Virus record (IMG/VR): IMGVR_UViG_3300045929_000104
Span: 1 to 50,568 of that record
From: a virus
Lineage: Duplodnaviria > Caudoviricetes
Direction: 5' to 3' (one strand)
Length of the DNA: 50,568 nucleotides
Shown here: positions 9,602-19,229 of the stretch, piece by piece
How positions within the stretch are numbered: position 1 is the first letter of the stretch
Layout: each line of letters starts with the position of its first letter
Notes under the pieces: generated by a model
What the model saw: only the letters and a program-made list of their open reading frames with translations
What the model was told of the DNA's origin: nothing
Database searches by the model: none
Program-made: the position numbers and the translations under genes

Positions 9602-10153
9602 ATGGCTATCACGTCTGGTACGATTGCACCGATTGTTCCCATGTCCATGCACGGGGGGAAGGCGCCTCGCATCCTATCGTTCCCTGTCGCCGACGCGCAG
9701 ACCATCCTTCTGGGTAGCGTCCTCGTTGCGTCCAGCGGTAAGGCCGCGGTGGGCACCGCTGCCGCTGCGAACGCCGTCATCGGCATCGCCATGGAGCCAA
9801 AGGCTTCGGTTGCTACTGCTGCTGTTAGCGACCGCGTAACCGTCGCCCTCGCCACCCCCGGCACCGTGTTCATCGGTTCTGGCGTTCTCAGCGCCACCGA
9901 CGACTACGCTACGCCCACCTTCGGTGATGTTCAGGGCGATGCCACCGGGCGCGATTTCGTTCGCGTCACCTACGGCGGTGCGTCCAACCAGTTCGCCTGT
10001 ATCGACATGGATGCCACGTCCACGGTGGGTGCGGCCGTGCTTGGCTTCGCGGTTGAGCAGTTGAAGGGACAGAACTTCGTGGTTGGTAGTGGCGGTACGA
10101 TCAACCCCCGCATCTACTTCACCTTCTCCACCCTCGGCCTGTTCGCCGGTTAA
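9602..10153 (+). CDS. Capsid decoration/cement protein
   Basis: Directly after MCP; Ala/Gly/Val-rich beta protein (ILLGSVLV...VIGIA). Confidence 0.6.
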   Translation: MAITSGTIAPIVPMSMHGGKAPRILSFPVADAQTILLGSVLVASSGKAAVGTAAAANAVIGIAMEPKASVATAAVSDRVTVALATPGTVFIGSGVLSATDDYATPTFGDVQGDATGRDFVRVTYGGASNQFACIDMDATSTVGAAVLGFAVEQLKGQNFVVGSGGTINPRIYFTFSTLGLFAG

Positions 10154-10165
10154 GGGAGGCTCAGC

Positions 10166-10618
10166 ATGGCTCAGCTTCCCAAGCACCTTCGCGGCCGTTG
10201 GCAGTCGGGTGGACCCGAAGCGGGGGCTTACCTCATACTTGGTCCACTCGGTACGGTCGGCGCGTTCACGACTACGAACGGCACGGCTGTCACCGGCTTC
10301 GCTCGCCTGCCCGCCCCACTGGACATGCGTCTGCACGGCATCCATGTCGGCTGGACGGCGAAGTCGGCGACGACGGCCTACTCGGTGGTCGTACTGAACG
10401 GCACCGATACCGTTGCGACGGTCTCACTCCCCACCGGCAGCGGCGCTGACAGCACGCAGGCGGTCGGTGCATCGTTGTCGAATCGCGAGATGACCAAGAA
10501 CACCGCGCTCATCGTCCAGGTCATCGGCCCCGCGACCGACGCCACCATCACGGGGCTGAACGTCGCTGTCTCCGGCCACACCCTCGATCATGTCAACGCT
10601 GACCGGGCGAACGACTGA
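10166..10618 (+). CDS. Virion structural protein (hypothetical)
   Basis: GGAGG SD; Thr/Ala/Gly-rich beta composition. Confidence 0.7.
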   Translation: MAQLPKHLRGRWQSGGPEAGAYLILGPLGTVGAFTTTNGTAVTGFARLPAPLDMRLHGIHVGWTAKSATTAYSVVVLNGTDTVATVSLPTGSGADSTQAVGASLSNREMTKNTALIVQVIGPATDATITGLNVAVSGHTLDHVNADRAND

Positions 10619-10902
10619 TGAGCAGCAGCAATCAGATGTACAAGGGGCACGGTGCCGCCGCGTACACCACCGACAGCGAAGTCGCCATCTCGTCGAAGGT
10701 TGCACACGGGGCTGGCGAGTCGGTGGTTGGTACGTCTGTTACGGCCGTTGTACCCGCCACTAATGCATCCGCCGACGCGACAGGCAAGAACGTCACCCTC
10801 ACCGTGACCACCAGTGGCACCATCGTCACGCTTGTCATCAACGCGCCCTCGTCGGCCATCGCAACCGACATCGCCACGGCTTTCAGCGCACTTTACGCCT
10901 AA
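10618..10902 (+). CDS. Virion structural protein (hypothetical)
   Basis: TGATG-coupled; Thr/Ala/Ser-rich. Confidence 0.7.
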   Translation: MSSSNQMYKGHGAAAYTTDSEVAISSKVAHGAGESVVGTSVTAVVPATNASADATGKNVTLTVTTSGTIVTLVINAPSSAIATDIATAFSALYA

Positions 10903-10905
10903 CCC

Positions 10906-10936
10906 GGGTGGGGGTTGGTTGATCCCAGCCCCCGCC
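10906..10936 (+). terminator. GC-rich hairpin after the head gene block (terminator or processing site)
   Basis: ggtgggggttgg...ccagcccccgcc stem; no U-tract. Confidence 0.4.
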
Positions 10937-10947
10937 ACGAGGACAGC

Positions 10948-11190
10948 ATGGCTGACATGGTATCCAGCAAGTACCGCACCCGCATCAAGAAGATGGTCAG
11001 CCCAGGGGCGGAAGTCCTCCCCCCACTGCACGACAGCAAGACGATGAACGAGGGCTCGACACAGCTTCAGATTCGCAAGATGGACAACGAGCAGGGTGGC
11101 GTACTCGCCCGCGCCGATGCCATGGAAGCCAACCACCGCACCACCCCCAAGCCCAAGAAGGGTCGCGACGGCGGAGCACGGGGTTACTAA
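10948..11190 (+). CDS. Hypothetical basic protein
   Basis: GAGG SD then ATG 10948; phage codon usage. Confidence 0.65.
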   Translation: MADMVSSKYRTRIKKMVSPGAEVLPPLHDSKTMNEGSTQLQIRKMDNEQGGVLARADAMEANHRTTPKPKKGRDGGARGY

Positions 11191-11192
11191 TC

Positions 11193-11390
11193 ATGGTCTC
11201 CTTCATCAAGCGTTGGCTATTCGATGAGTCCTTCTTCGAGCGTTTCCTTCGCGGCGCTCTTGCTGGCGGGGCTCAGTACGCTGCCGCTGCTGGCTACATC
11301 TCTGCCACGACTGCTGCGGGGATTACTGCTCTCGCCCTCACCATTGGCGCGGGGGAGAAGAACGCTACCCCCGAAACCCCCAAGGAGTGA
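11193..11390 (+). CDS. Small membrane protein, holin candidate
   Basis: 65 aa with two hydrophobic Ala/Gly segments and charged ends (FFERFLRGAL). Confidence 0.45.
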   Translation: MVSFIKRWLFDESFFERFLRGALAGGAQYAAAAGYISATTAAGITALALTIGAGEKNATPETPKE

Positions 11391-11394
11391 AGCC

Positions 11395-11667
11395 ATGGCT
11401 GTGACCGCCGCAGGTGAACTTGTACAGATGGCCGCGCAGGGGGATACGCTTTCTACCATCGTCCGCCCGCGTATTGCACGTATTCACATCATCTCGGGTG
11501 CGACTGGCGGCGCGGTGTTGCTTACCGCCAACGGGTTCACCTATTGGTCCAATACCGTGGCAACGAGCAGCACCAGCGAAATCGATCTGAGCACGCCGCT
11601 GGACGTGGACTCCTTCGTTGCCACCACCCTTCCCGCCACCTGCACCATCCTGGTGCAACTCGCGTAA
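11395..11667 (+). CDS. Hypothetical virion protein
   Basis: AAGGAG SD then ATG 11395; beta-rich. Confidence 0.65.
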   Translation: MAVTAAGELVQMAAQGDTLSTIVRPRIARIHIISGATGGAVLLTANGFTYWSNTVATSSTSEIDLSTPLDVDSFVATTLPATCTILVQLA

Positions 11668-11882
11668 TGGCCCACTACCCTCCCGAGAACGGCGCCCGCT
11701 CCGGTATCACCTTCATCCGCTGGTTCGTGGATGACATCACCGGTGCGCTGGTTGCCGAGGACCGCATTGTGCGCGACTACGAACGTGCGCTCGTATGTAT
11801 CGACGACGTTGACCTGTTGGGGCGGGATGACTTGATCGCACAGTGGACGCCCCGTGCGGAGGCCGCCCTACCAGAGCCGTAG
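11667..11882 (+). CDS. Hypothetical protein
   Basis: TAATG-coupled ORF MAHYPPENG... Confidence 0.6.
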   Translation: MAHYPPENGARSGITFIRWFVDDITGALVAEDRIVRDYERALVCIDDVDLLGRDDLIAQWTPRAEAALPEP

Positions 11883-11930
11883 CCACTCATAAGCAAGGTT
11901 CGCCTATCCACATTTGGGGGTTGGAGCCGC

Positions 11931-12689
11931 ATGACTCTCGCACAACTCAGAACCGCGACCAAGCACGCCATGTCGAACCGCACCGCCACAACCGGTGTGG
12001 TCATCAACGATGCTTGGTACACCGATCGCGTCAACAGCGGAATGCGCCGCCTGTGTAGCTTTCAAGGCATGGTGACGCGCCCTGGCATGAAGCAGCCACA
12101 GTTCCGCGTGCTGCGGTTCTTCGAGTTGGAGAGTCGTGTCGTTCGCCCCATCGACACCACCGCTACGTCGAACTACATCCTACCTGCGATTGCCGATAGC
12201 AACTTCCTCGACCCGCCGCGGGGGGTAGCTGCCATTATCGATGTATACGACCGCACCAACGCACGTGGTCTCAATCGTGTCAGCCGCCGCGAGATGATGT
12301 CGCTTAACCCAGAACGCACCGGCCGCCCGCGTAGATGGTGCCCCTTCGGACAGGATGGTCAGTTGGTATACGCCATCGATGCCATCCCCGCCACCACCAG
12401 CGACGAGATAGAAGTTTACGAATGGACCTACCTCCACCCCGTCGCGATGACCGATGATGACGAGTCGCCGGTAATCCCCGAAGCATGGCATGTACCCATC
12501 TGGTACGCGGCGGTTGCTGAAGCGGCGACCCTCGTAGACTGGCCCGACCGCGCGCAGGAGTACGAGAGCAAGTTTATGTCGTATGTAGCGGAGCGTAAGA
12601 GCCCGCATGAGGAAGCCGATGTGAGCGGCTACGCAGGCGCCCGTCGTAATCTCTCCACCGGCATCGGGATCAGTTGGAGTAGGAGATAA
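11931..12689 (+). CDS. Head-tail adaptor (podovirus tail tubular protein A-like)
   Basis: MTLAQLRT...VNSG...GRPRRW...P.IPEAWH.PIWYAA pattern of adaptor proteins. Confidence 0.72.
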   Translation: MTLAQLRTATKHAMSNRTATTGVVINDAWYTDRVNSGMRRLCSFQGMVTRPGMKQPQFRVLRFFELESRVVRPIDTTATSNYILPAIADSNFLDPPRGVAAIIDVYDRTNARGLNRVSRREMMSLNPERTGRPRRWCPFGQDGQLVYAIDAIPATTSDEIEVYEWTYLHPVAMTDDDESPVIPEAWHVPIWYAAVAEAATLVDWPDRAQEYESKFMSYVAERKSPHEEADVSGYAGARRNLSTGIGISWSRR

Positions 12690-12692
12690 CAC

Positions 12693-13403
12693 ATGCCAGT
12701 CACCAATTGGAATCGCACCTCGCCTACCTCTGCTGACAACCCGGCCAACGGTGCCAACGAGATCAGCGCGGTCAAGAAGGGTGTCGATGAACGTATGCGT
12801 AACGGTGGGCATCGCTGGGAGCCTGACTCCTCCGCCACACTCACCAATGCCGGTCGCCATACCTGCGGCGCCGAGTTCAGCGCATCCGGTAGCGGTGCAC
12901 AGGATGACGAATTCTACATCTACGACAAGGCAGGCACGGCGGTTGCGGTCGTTCGTGGTAGCACATCCACCAACATCGACGCGAGTGGCATCCCCGAGTT
13001 TGAGATCGTCGGTGGCAAGCTAATCGGACGACGCGAGGAAACGCTGCACATCCCCGTCGCGTCGGGCACTGGCCGCACCGCCGGTATCATCTACGAAAAC
13101 CGTGGACACGGCACGTTGACGCTGCTAGAGGCGAAGGTCGTCTGCTTCACCGCACCCGGCTCCGGCGGCGTAGACATCGATATCCACAAGCAGGCAAGTG
13201 GGTGGACGAATCCCAATGACGCAGGCACGTCCATCTTCGACCCCAACCCCCACCCCACCATTGCAAGCGGCAGCTACGCTAGCAGCGTCATCAGCACGTT
13301 TGCTAGCAGCACGCTCGCGGTCGGCGACGCTTGGTTCGTCGAGGTGGACCAGTTGAACAGTGCCGCCAATGTCATGCTCATCCTGAAGGTCTGGCGGAAG
13401 TAG
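12693..13403 (+). CDS. Tail-associated protein
   Basis: N-terminal PTSADNPANGANEISAVKK tail-fibre-type anchor; C-terminal TAPGSGGVDIDI...LAVGD beta-sandwich. Confidence 0.65.
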   Translation: MPVTNWNRTSPTSADNPANGANEISAVKKGVDERMRNGGHRWEPDSSATLTNAGRHTCGAEFSASGSGAQDDEFYIYDKAGTAVAVVRGSTSTNIDASGIPEFEIVGGKLIGRREETLHIPVASGTGRTAGIIYENRGHGTLTLLEAKVVCFTAPGSGGVDIDIHKQASGWTNPNDAGTSIFDPNPHPTIASGSYASSVISTFASSTLAVGDAWFVEVDQLNSAANVMLILKVWRK

Positions 13404-13404
13404 C

Positions 13405-13809
13405 ATGGCGCGCACGTATCCAGGGGATCGCACGTTACAGGCAGAATCACATACGCCCGTAATCGTGCAAGACATTCCCACCTCTGGTTTCATCACCAAT
13501 ACTGGTCTTGGTGCTGTATTGAAGGCTGAAGTGCAAATGACCTCCATCACAGGCGGCGTTGCTACCGTGTTATACAGTCTTAACACCGGCGCTACTTATG
13601 TAGAGTGGAAGAAGCTGCAATCCGTCTCCGCGCAAGCCTTTTCAGGTACGTTGAGTTTACCTCTATCAGTCTCTCAAGAATGGTCTGCTGTAGTGGTTGC
13701 GGTGACTGCTCGCGGTGGTTTCGGTGGCTCTGCCGTATCTCGCGTAACCGATTGGTACATCGACTCCCCCACTTCCTTCTTCAGCCGTCAAGTCATCGAG
13801 GCGGTGTAG
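13405..13809 (+). CDS. Hypothetical tail protein
   Basis: In operon; beta-rich; more AT-rich codons than neighbours. Confidence 0.6.
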   Translation: MARTYPGDRTLQAESHTPVIVQDIPTSGFITNTGLGAVLKAEVQMTSITGGVATVLYSLNTGATYVEWKKLQSVSAQAFSGTLSLPLSVSQEWSAVVVAVTARGGFGGSAVSRVTDWYIDSPTSFFSRQVIEAV

Positions 13810-13815
13810 TCGCGT

Positions 13816-16344
13816 ATGGCAATCCGCGAACAGGCACACATCCCGCCGACCCCTCCCACGCTCACCCGTGCGAAGGACGAGCCCGGCAATCTGCGCCACA
13901 CCTTCGACGACATCCAGCAGCGGTTCTGGGATGTGTACCGTTCCGTCTCTCGCCTCGCTGACGGTATCGAAGAAGTCACCGTCACCTTCGATGAGGATGT
14001 AACCCTCGCCGAGCAGACGTTCGTGACGATGGACGCTTCGGGGGGCAATCGCGTCGTCTACCTCCCCCCTGCTGCGAGTGAGCTAAACCGCCGCCTCACC
14101 ATCAAAAAGATCGATGCCACCACCAACACCGTCACCATCCGTGCGCAGACTGGCGAATACATCGATGACAACCTCTCCGAGAAGATCATCGACATCCAGA
14201 ACGCCGCGCTCATGGTGGTCAGCGACGGTACGCAGTGGTGGGCGATCGCAGCAGGCAACCCCGGCACCGGCCCCAGCGCCTTCCCCGCGCCCGGTAGCGA
14301 CCAACAGATCCTCTATAACGACAACGGGCATGTGGGGGCTGCGACAGGTGGCCTGTGGACTGACACCGCCATCGTCGCCCGCTCGACTACGGCCCCGCAG
14401 CTCATCGTCAGCTATGGCACCTACCAGACCGCCACGGCTAACTTCAACGTGGGTGTGTCATCCACAGGTCGCGTCACCCTTGATGCCAGCGGTGCAGCAG
14501 CCGACATCTACGCCGTTGACCCCGTTGTGCTTGACCCCACAGTGGGTAATGCCGTAGCCCTCACTATCGTCGGCGCTTCCAACCAGACCGCCAGCGTTGC
14601 CGAAGTGAAGAACAGCGACGGCGCCGTGCTGATGGAAGTGGATGATGAGATCCGCGTTGGTATTCGGGATACTAGTTGTTCCGCCCTGCTCAACCTCAAG
14701 GCCAGCGGTGACATCCCCACCGAACAAGACATCCTCGAACTTGGTCCCTTCGTCTGGTACAAGTCTACGGAGCCGCTTAACCAGGGCAGCGTCACCACGC
14801 CCCCCAGCGACACGAACCAAGTCACTTTCCTGCACGACAAGTCCGGTAACGGTCGCTACATCAGCATGGCCGACACCGACCCCGCCGTGCCTGGCGCCGT
14901 TCCTAGCGGCAAGCGCCCCCGCTATTGGACCACGGCAGCGGGCATCAGCGGGCGCCCCACCACCCTTGCTAACAACAAGCCTGTCATCGGCCACCTAGGC
15001 GCTGGCAGTCTCGGTGACGACACCGCGACAGGCATGTGGTTCCCCCCGCTGCATGGCTACCCATTCACCATGAACGCGGTGACCATCTACGTCGTGCGTC
15101 AGAAGATTGCCAGCACGTCGGTTCAAGTTCCCATGACGGGTGGGTACAACCCTAGCCTGATCTCCGGCGCGGCGAGTCGAATTTGTTTCCAGGGAACTGA
15201 TATCCAAGCCTCCATGATTCGCGGGCTGGGTAGTGGAAATGGGTATCGACTCGGCTTTACATCGCCCGCGACTAACGTTCCCATATCCTTTCCAGATTCG
15301 GGTACGTGGCATCGATACACGCTCACACGAGCAACGGATGGTGTACTCGCAGCCTGGGTTAACGATTCCGCGCAACCCGGCCCTGGGTTTCAAGATGGCA
15401 CTGCGACAGGTACGTGGGAGTTCGCCTACATATTCAACTTCTTCCAGGGGAATGGTGGGGTATCCATCACCACCTGGCCACGTACCGGTGTCAACTGGAC
15501 TGAGTTTATTGTATTTGAGGGTGTCCACGACAGCACCACCCGCGCCCTGGTGTGGCGTTACCTAGACTCCCTTTACTACGATGGTACTAACTACACAGTT
15601 GGCACCCACCTCGGTGGTAGCTCCTCCTTCGACCTGCTGCACGGTAAGGACGATTCGGGGAACGTACTCTGCAACCTCGACAGCGACAACCGGCTGGCGG
15701 TGGGGTGGAATGGAACGAGCAATGTCCATCGACTTGCCGTGCGGGATACCAGTCAGCAACTCGCTGTGCAATATGACGGGTCGAATCAACTTACCCTAAG
15801 CGTGACCGATGCGGGGGTGGTTGGGTATGACGCCGCTGGTGGTAGTGCTCGCCATGAGTTCTATGACCCACTGTTCAATGATACGCAGATATGTGTGGGC
15901 AGCACCTACGCTAGCCCCAAGTTCAACGTTAACGGCGTAGGCAACATCACCAAGATCAACAACGTCACTTACAGTTGGCCCACCGCGAACGGTGCTGTCA
16001 ATGACGTCCTACAGGACAGCAACGGCGCGGGGACGTTGGTGTGGGGGAAGGCCGGTATTGCACCGTCTGACGCCCAGTACCTCGTACTGGCCACCAATGC
16101 GAGCCTCAGCAACGAGCGCGTCTTCACCCCCGGTTCTGATCTAACCGCCACCGATGCGGGTGCCAACGGGGCTTACACACTCAACCTCGCCACGACGGGT
16201 GTCGTAGCGGCTACCTACGGCGGCACTGCCACCTACCCCGTCATCACCGTGGACAGCAAGGGGCGCATCACCAGTGCATCGAATCAATCAGCTTCCAGTG
16301 GGGATGGCAGCCTGCGCCGCCACTTCCTATTCATGGGTGCGTGA
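13816..16344 (+). CDS. Tail fibre / receptor-binding protein with LamG/ConA-like domain
   Basis: 842 aa, Gly/Thr/Ser-rich; LTIKKIDATTNTVTI...SDGTQW module; WYKS...LHDKSGNGR...EFIVF...YL LamG-type frame; ATYGG...VITVDSKGRITSA fibre repeat. Confidence 0.8.
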   Translation: MAIREQAHIPPTPPTLTRAKDEPGNLRHTFDDIQQRFWDVYRSVSRLADGIEEVTVTFDEDVTLAEQTFVTMDASGGNRVVYLPPAASELNRRLTIKKIDATTNTVTIRAQTGEYIDDNLSEKIIDIQNAALMVVSDGTQWWAIAAGNPGTGPSAFPAPGSDQQILYNDNGHVGAATGGLWTDTAIVARSTTAPQLIVSYGTYQTATANFNVGVSSTGRVTLDASGAAADIYAVDPVVLDPTVGNAVALTIVGASNQTASVAEVKNSDGAVLMEVDDEIRVGIRDTSCSALLNLKASGDIPTEQDILELGPFVWYKSTEPLNQGSVTTPPSDTNQVTFLHDKSGNGRYISMADTDPAVPGAVPSGKRPRYWTTAAGISGRPTTLANNKPVIGHLGAGSLGDDTATGMWFPPLHGYPFTMNAVTIYVVRQKIASTSVQVPMTGGYNPSLISGAASRICFQGTDIQASMIRGLGSGNGYRLGFTSPATNVPISFPDSGTWHRYTLTRATDGVLAAWVNDSAQPGPGFQDGTATGTWEFAYIFNFFQGNGGVSITTWPRTGVNWTEFIVFEGVHDSTTRALVWRYLDSLYYDGTNYTVGTHLGGSSSFDLLHGKDDSGNVLCNLDSDNRLAVGWNGTSNVHRLAVRDTSQQLAVQYDGSNQLTLSVTDAGVVGYDAAGGSARHEFYDPLFNDTQICVGSTYASPKFNVNGVGNITKINNVTYSWPTANGAVNDVLQDSNGAGTLVWGKAGIAPSDAQYLVLATNASLSNERVFTPGSDLTATDAGANGAYTLNLATTGVVAATYGGTATYPVITVDSKGRITSASNQSASSGDGSLRRHFLFMGA

Positions 16345-17018
16345 TGGCGGATGTTGTTAAGGTACTCGGGCAGCAGTATCCCTCAGCCACGACGTTAACG
16401 ACACTGTACACGACACCTGCACTCACCAGCGCCGTCGTCAGCAGTCTCGTCATGTGCAACAAGGGGACGGTGGCGGATGCGGTACGGGCTGCGGTACGGG
16501 TGGGTGGTGCGTCCATCGAGGATAAGCAATACCTCTTCTACGACCAGCCACTTGGTGCGAAGGAATCGTTGACCGTTACCATCGGTATCAGCATTGATGC
16601 TGCGGATGTCGTCTCGGTGTACAGCACGCAGGGGACGACGGCGTTCAATCTGTACGGTGTCGAGATGCCATCGACCACGCCGGGTAGTGTTGTAACCGGC
16701 TCCTTCGCGATGAATGGCATCATCAGCCCTGCGACCATCACCGCCAGCCAGAACGACTATGCCCCCACTGGTATCGGCACGTGCAATGTCATGCGCTTGC
16801 AGAGTGATGCCGCGTGGAACATCACCGGTATCGCTGACACCACGAGTGGTCGTGCCATCCTCCTGTTCAACATCGGCGCCAATAACATCACCCTCAAGGA
16901 TAATGTGACCAGCACCGCTACCTACCGCTTTGCCCTGAATGGCGACTACGTGATGGGACCAGATGAGAGCGCACCCATCTGGTACGACCCTACGACACAA
17001 CGGTGGAGAATTTACTGA
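16344..17018 (+). CDS. Tail-associated structural protein
   Basis: TTLYTTPA...VMCN...FNLYGVE N-terminal domain plus C-terminal ITG...LFNIGANNITL...WYD...WR domain. Confidence 0.7.
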   Translation: MADVVKVLGQQYPSATTLTTLYTTPALTSAVVSSLVMCNKGTVADAVRAAVRVGGASIEDKQYLFYDQPLGAKESLTVTIGISIDAADVVSVYSTQGTTAFNLYGVEMPSTTPGSVVTGSFAMNGIISPATITASQNDYAPTGIGTCNVMRLQSDAAWNITGIADTTSGRAILLFNIGANNITLKDNVTSTATYRFALNGDYVMGPDESAPIWYDPTTQRWRIY

Positions 17019-17596
17019 TGGCCTACCAGGGACGCACCACCGCCGCCGTTGAGACCCCTGAGCGCATCTTGCTCGACACGAAGGGGAGTGATGGGACTTT
17101 TAGTATCCCCGTCACTGGTACGTATACTGTTATTGAAGTGACGGGATTTCTGCGCTCGGATGTCGCAGCCATTACCGACAATATCAAGTTCAAATTCAAC
17201 GCCGATGACACCGCGGCAAACTACCAATTACAGAACCTTCGCAACACCGCCAGCAATACGGCCGGTGGCGAGCAAGCAAACACCAACGTCGCCATCACCC
17301 TTCCAGGTAATAGCGCACCTAATGGACGGTTCGGCCTATTTCGCCTTGTGTTGTACGGGCCAGCCCTAACCGCACATAAGCAAACCGTCATTACCTGGGC
17401 ACATGCGCCCGCAACGGCGGTAGGGTCGGTGGTGAACAGCACACTCCCCATCGCTGCTGAGTCGTGCTTCCTTTGGGAAAGCACCGCTGCCGTGACCGCC
17501 ATCGACATCACCCCATCAAGCGGCACCAATTTCAAAACCGGATCGTCCATCCTCGCCATCGGGTATCGCAGTCAGAATCTCGTGGTGGGTGTGTAG
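17018..17596 (+). CDS. Tail-associated structural protein
   Basis: TGATG-coupled; FSIPVTGTY...FNAD...NY...TAAVTAIDI...GTNFKTGSSILAIG pattern of phage fibre-tip proteins. Confidence 0.7.
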   Translation: MAYQGRTTAAVETPERILLDTKGSDGTFSIPVTGTYTVIEVTGFLRSDVAAITDNIKFKFNADDTAANYQLQNLRNTASNTAGGEQANTNVAITLPGNSAPNGRFGLFRLVLYGPALTAHKQTVITWAHAPATAVGSVVNSTLPIAAESCFLWESTAAVTAIDITPSSGTNFKTGSSILAIGYRSQNLVVGV

Positions 17597-17610
17597 TAGG
17601 GGAGAGTCGC

Positions 17611-18723
17611 GTGAGCGTTAAGCGCATCATACCGGGTGGGACATTTGGCAGTGCGACGGCTGTTCCGGTGGTTAGTGTTACACCGGAGGGGCACATCTCG
17701 CACATCACCACAACGGCGATCAGTGCGGGCGTGTCGGGGAGTGGGACTACCAATACGCTTACCAAGTGGACGGGATCGACTACGCTTGGGGATTCGCAGA
17801 TTGTGGATGATGGGACGGATGTAAGTGTAATGGGCGGTGTAGTTGTTGTTCAGGCGGACGATGGTGCAGGAAATTCTGTCCTGCGTACCAGCTATCTGTC
17901 CATCTATGACGGTGGTCACATAGAAGGCGACTTCGAAGCCGCAGGCGATCTCCTCATCTGCGACCAAAAGACGAGCGGTGATCCTGATGGGACTGGCACT
18001 CTGTTCATCGATTTTGGCGGCAAGATAAGAACTACCATCCGCAATGCAGACTACCTCGCGGGTGGTGCCGGTGAGTGGGCACACAACTGGCAGTTTCCAG
18101 ACGTAACCACAGGCAGTGGTAACCTCAATAAAATATGGCTAGCCGGTAGCGACTCGGCAGGCGTTGCCATGGTCGAAATGACGTGGGACGATACCACCGG
18201 GACTGTGCTTAAGTTGCATGATGTTGCTACTAATTCTATGGTCCCCGTCGAACTTGCACGCCGTTTTAGCCTCCGTAACTTTTCTGGTGGGACCACTGTT
18301 GGTACCTCCGGCGAAGAGCAACTCGGTATAACCGAAAACTTCACCATCGCCAACGCGCAGCACATCACCGGCACCGTTGCTGGTAGTTCTGTTGTTGATA
18401 TTTTTGGTGCTGGCACGGTACGTCTTTACCTAACAGACGGCGGAAGCGATAACGTACTCATTGCAGAGTGTGCCACCGGTAGTCTAGGAAACGGTTGGAA
18501 AATCGACTTCGACATCGCGGTTGGTAACACCGGTAAACTGTACTCGTCCTGTAACGTATATCGAGATTCCGACCGCGTAGCCCACACCTACAACGCACAA
18601 CTTGGCCTATCGGGTGGTCCTGTGTACTACCTTAACGTCACTGGAGACACGCCTAACGCTGCCGGAGATGTGAGACTTGAGTATCTTGCCGCTGAGATTA
18701 ACAACTACGTGATACCTGTGTAA
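17611..18723 (+). CDS. Second tail fibre / spike
   Basis: GGGGAG SD then GTG 17611; GTFGSATAVPVVSVTPEGHIS and SGTTNTLTKWTGSTTLGDSQI fibre repeats. Confidence 0.72.
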   Translation: MSVKRIIPGGTFGSATAVPVVSVTPEGHISHITTTAISAGVSGSGTTNTLTKWTGSTTLGDSQIVDDGTDVSVMGGVVVVQADDGAGNSVLRTSYLSIYDGGHIEGDFEAAGDLLICDQKTSGDPDGTGTLFIDFGGKIRTTIRNADYLAGGAGEWAHNWQFPDVTTGSGNLNKIWLAGSDSAGVAMVEMTWDDTTGTVLKLHDVATNSMVPVELARRFSLRNFSGGTTVGTSGEEQLGITENFTIANAQHITGTVAGSSVVDIFGAGTVRLYLTDGGSDNVLIAECATGSLGNGWKIDFDIAVGNTGKLYSSCNVYRDSDRVAHTYNAQLGLSGGPVYYLNVTGDTPNAAGDVRLEYLAAEINNYVIPV

Positions 18724-18733
18724 AGGAGCCCGC

Positions 18734-18931
18734 ATGCTAGACTCCCTCTTCCCCGCTCTCATCACCGCCAGCAGCGGCGCCCTCATAACCCTCGTCGTCA
18801 TGTTCATCACTCGGCTCGCCAAGGTGGAGGCGATGGTCATGGCCCTCTCCGCGCAGCAAGACGACATCCGCCAGAACATCCGCTACATCATCGAACGCCT
18901 CGACGATGCATCACAAACACGCCCCCGCTGA
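18734..18931 (+). CDS. Small single-TM coiled-coil protein (holin/hemolysin-like)
   Basis: AAGGAG SD; N-terminal TM helix then coiled coil ending IIERLD. Confidence 0.6.
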   Translation: MLDSLFPALITASSGALITLVVMFITRLAKVEAMVMALSAQQDDIRQNIRYIIERLDDASQTRPR

Positions 18932-18937
18932 TACAAT
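18929..18937 (+). promoter_or_regulatory. Extended -10 promoter candidate
   Basis: TG-A-TACAAT upstream of the GGAGG SD at about 18951. Confidence 0.4.
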
Positions 18938-18962
18938 AGCCTCATCAATCGGAGGATTTCAA

Positions 18963-19220
18963 TTGAGTTTCGAATCCAATCGCGAGAAGGTGTTCGTTAT
19001 TGCAGAATTCATCAGCCTGTTCATGTCCGGCCGCAAGAAGGCGCGGTTGACTGCGGCGCTGAATGCTGCCGATGCCGTCGTCAACAACTTCGAGCCCGCC
19101 CGCGCCGCCGTCACCCGTGTCTACAACACCATGCCGCCCGAGGATAAAGCAGCCGTTATGGCCCTCTACGACAACATCGTCGCCCTGCGTGACGCCCTTC
19201 GTAAGCAGCCTGCCAAGTAG
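18963..19220 (+). CDS. Hypothetical protein
   Basis: GGAGG SD then TTG 18963 in the frame of ORF 18906..19220. Confidence 0.6.
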   Translation: MSFESNREKVFVIAEFISLFMSGRKKARLTAALNAADAVVNNFEPARAAVTRVYNTMPPEDKAAVMALYDNIVALRDALRKQPAK

Positions 19221-19229
19221 CCCGCCACG

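Noticed and set aside
8518-9897. Long antisense ORFs (459 aa opposite MCP, 306 aa at 41569..42489, 289 aa at 20858..21727, etc.)
   Set aside because: These are shadow frames of GC-biased genes on the other strand, with no motifs or SD.
13816-18723. Diversity-generating retroelement or invertible tail-fibre cassette
   Set aside because: No reverse transcriptase, template/variable repeat pair or invertase was found by eye.
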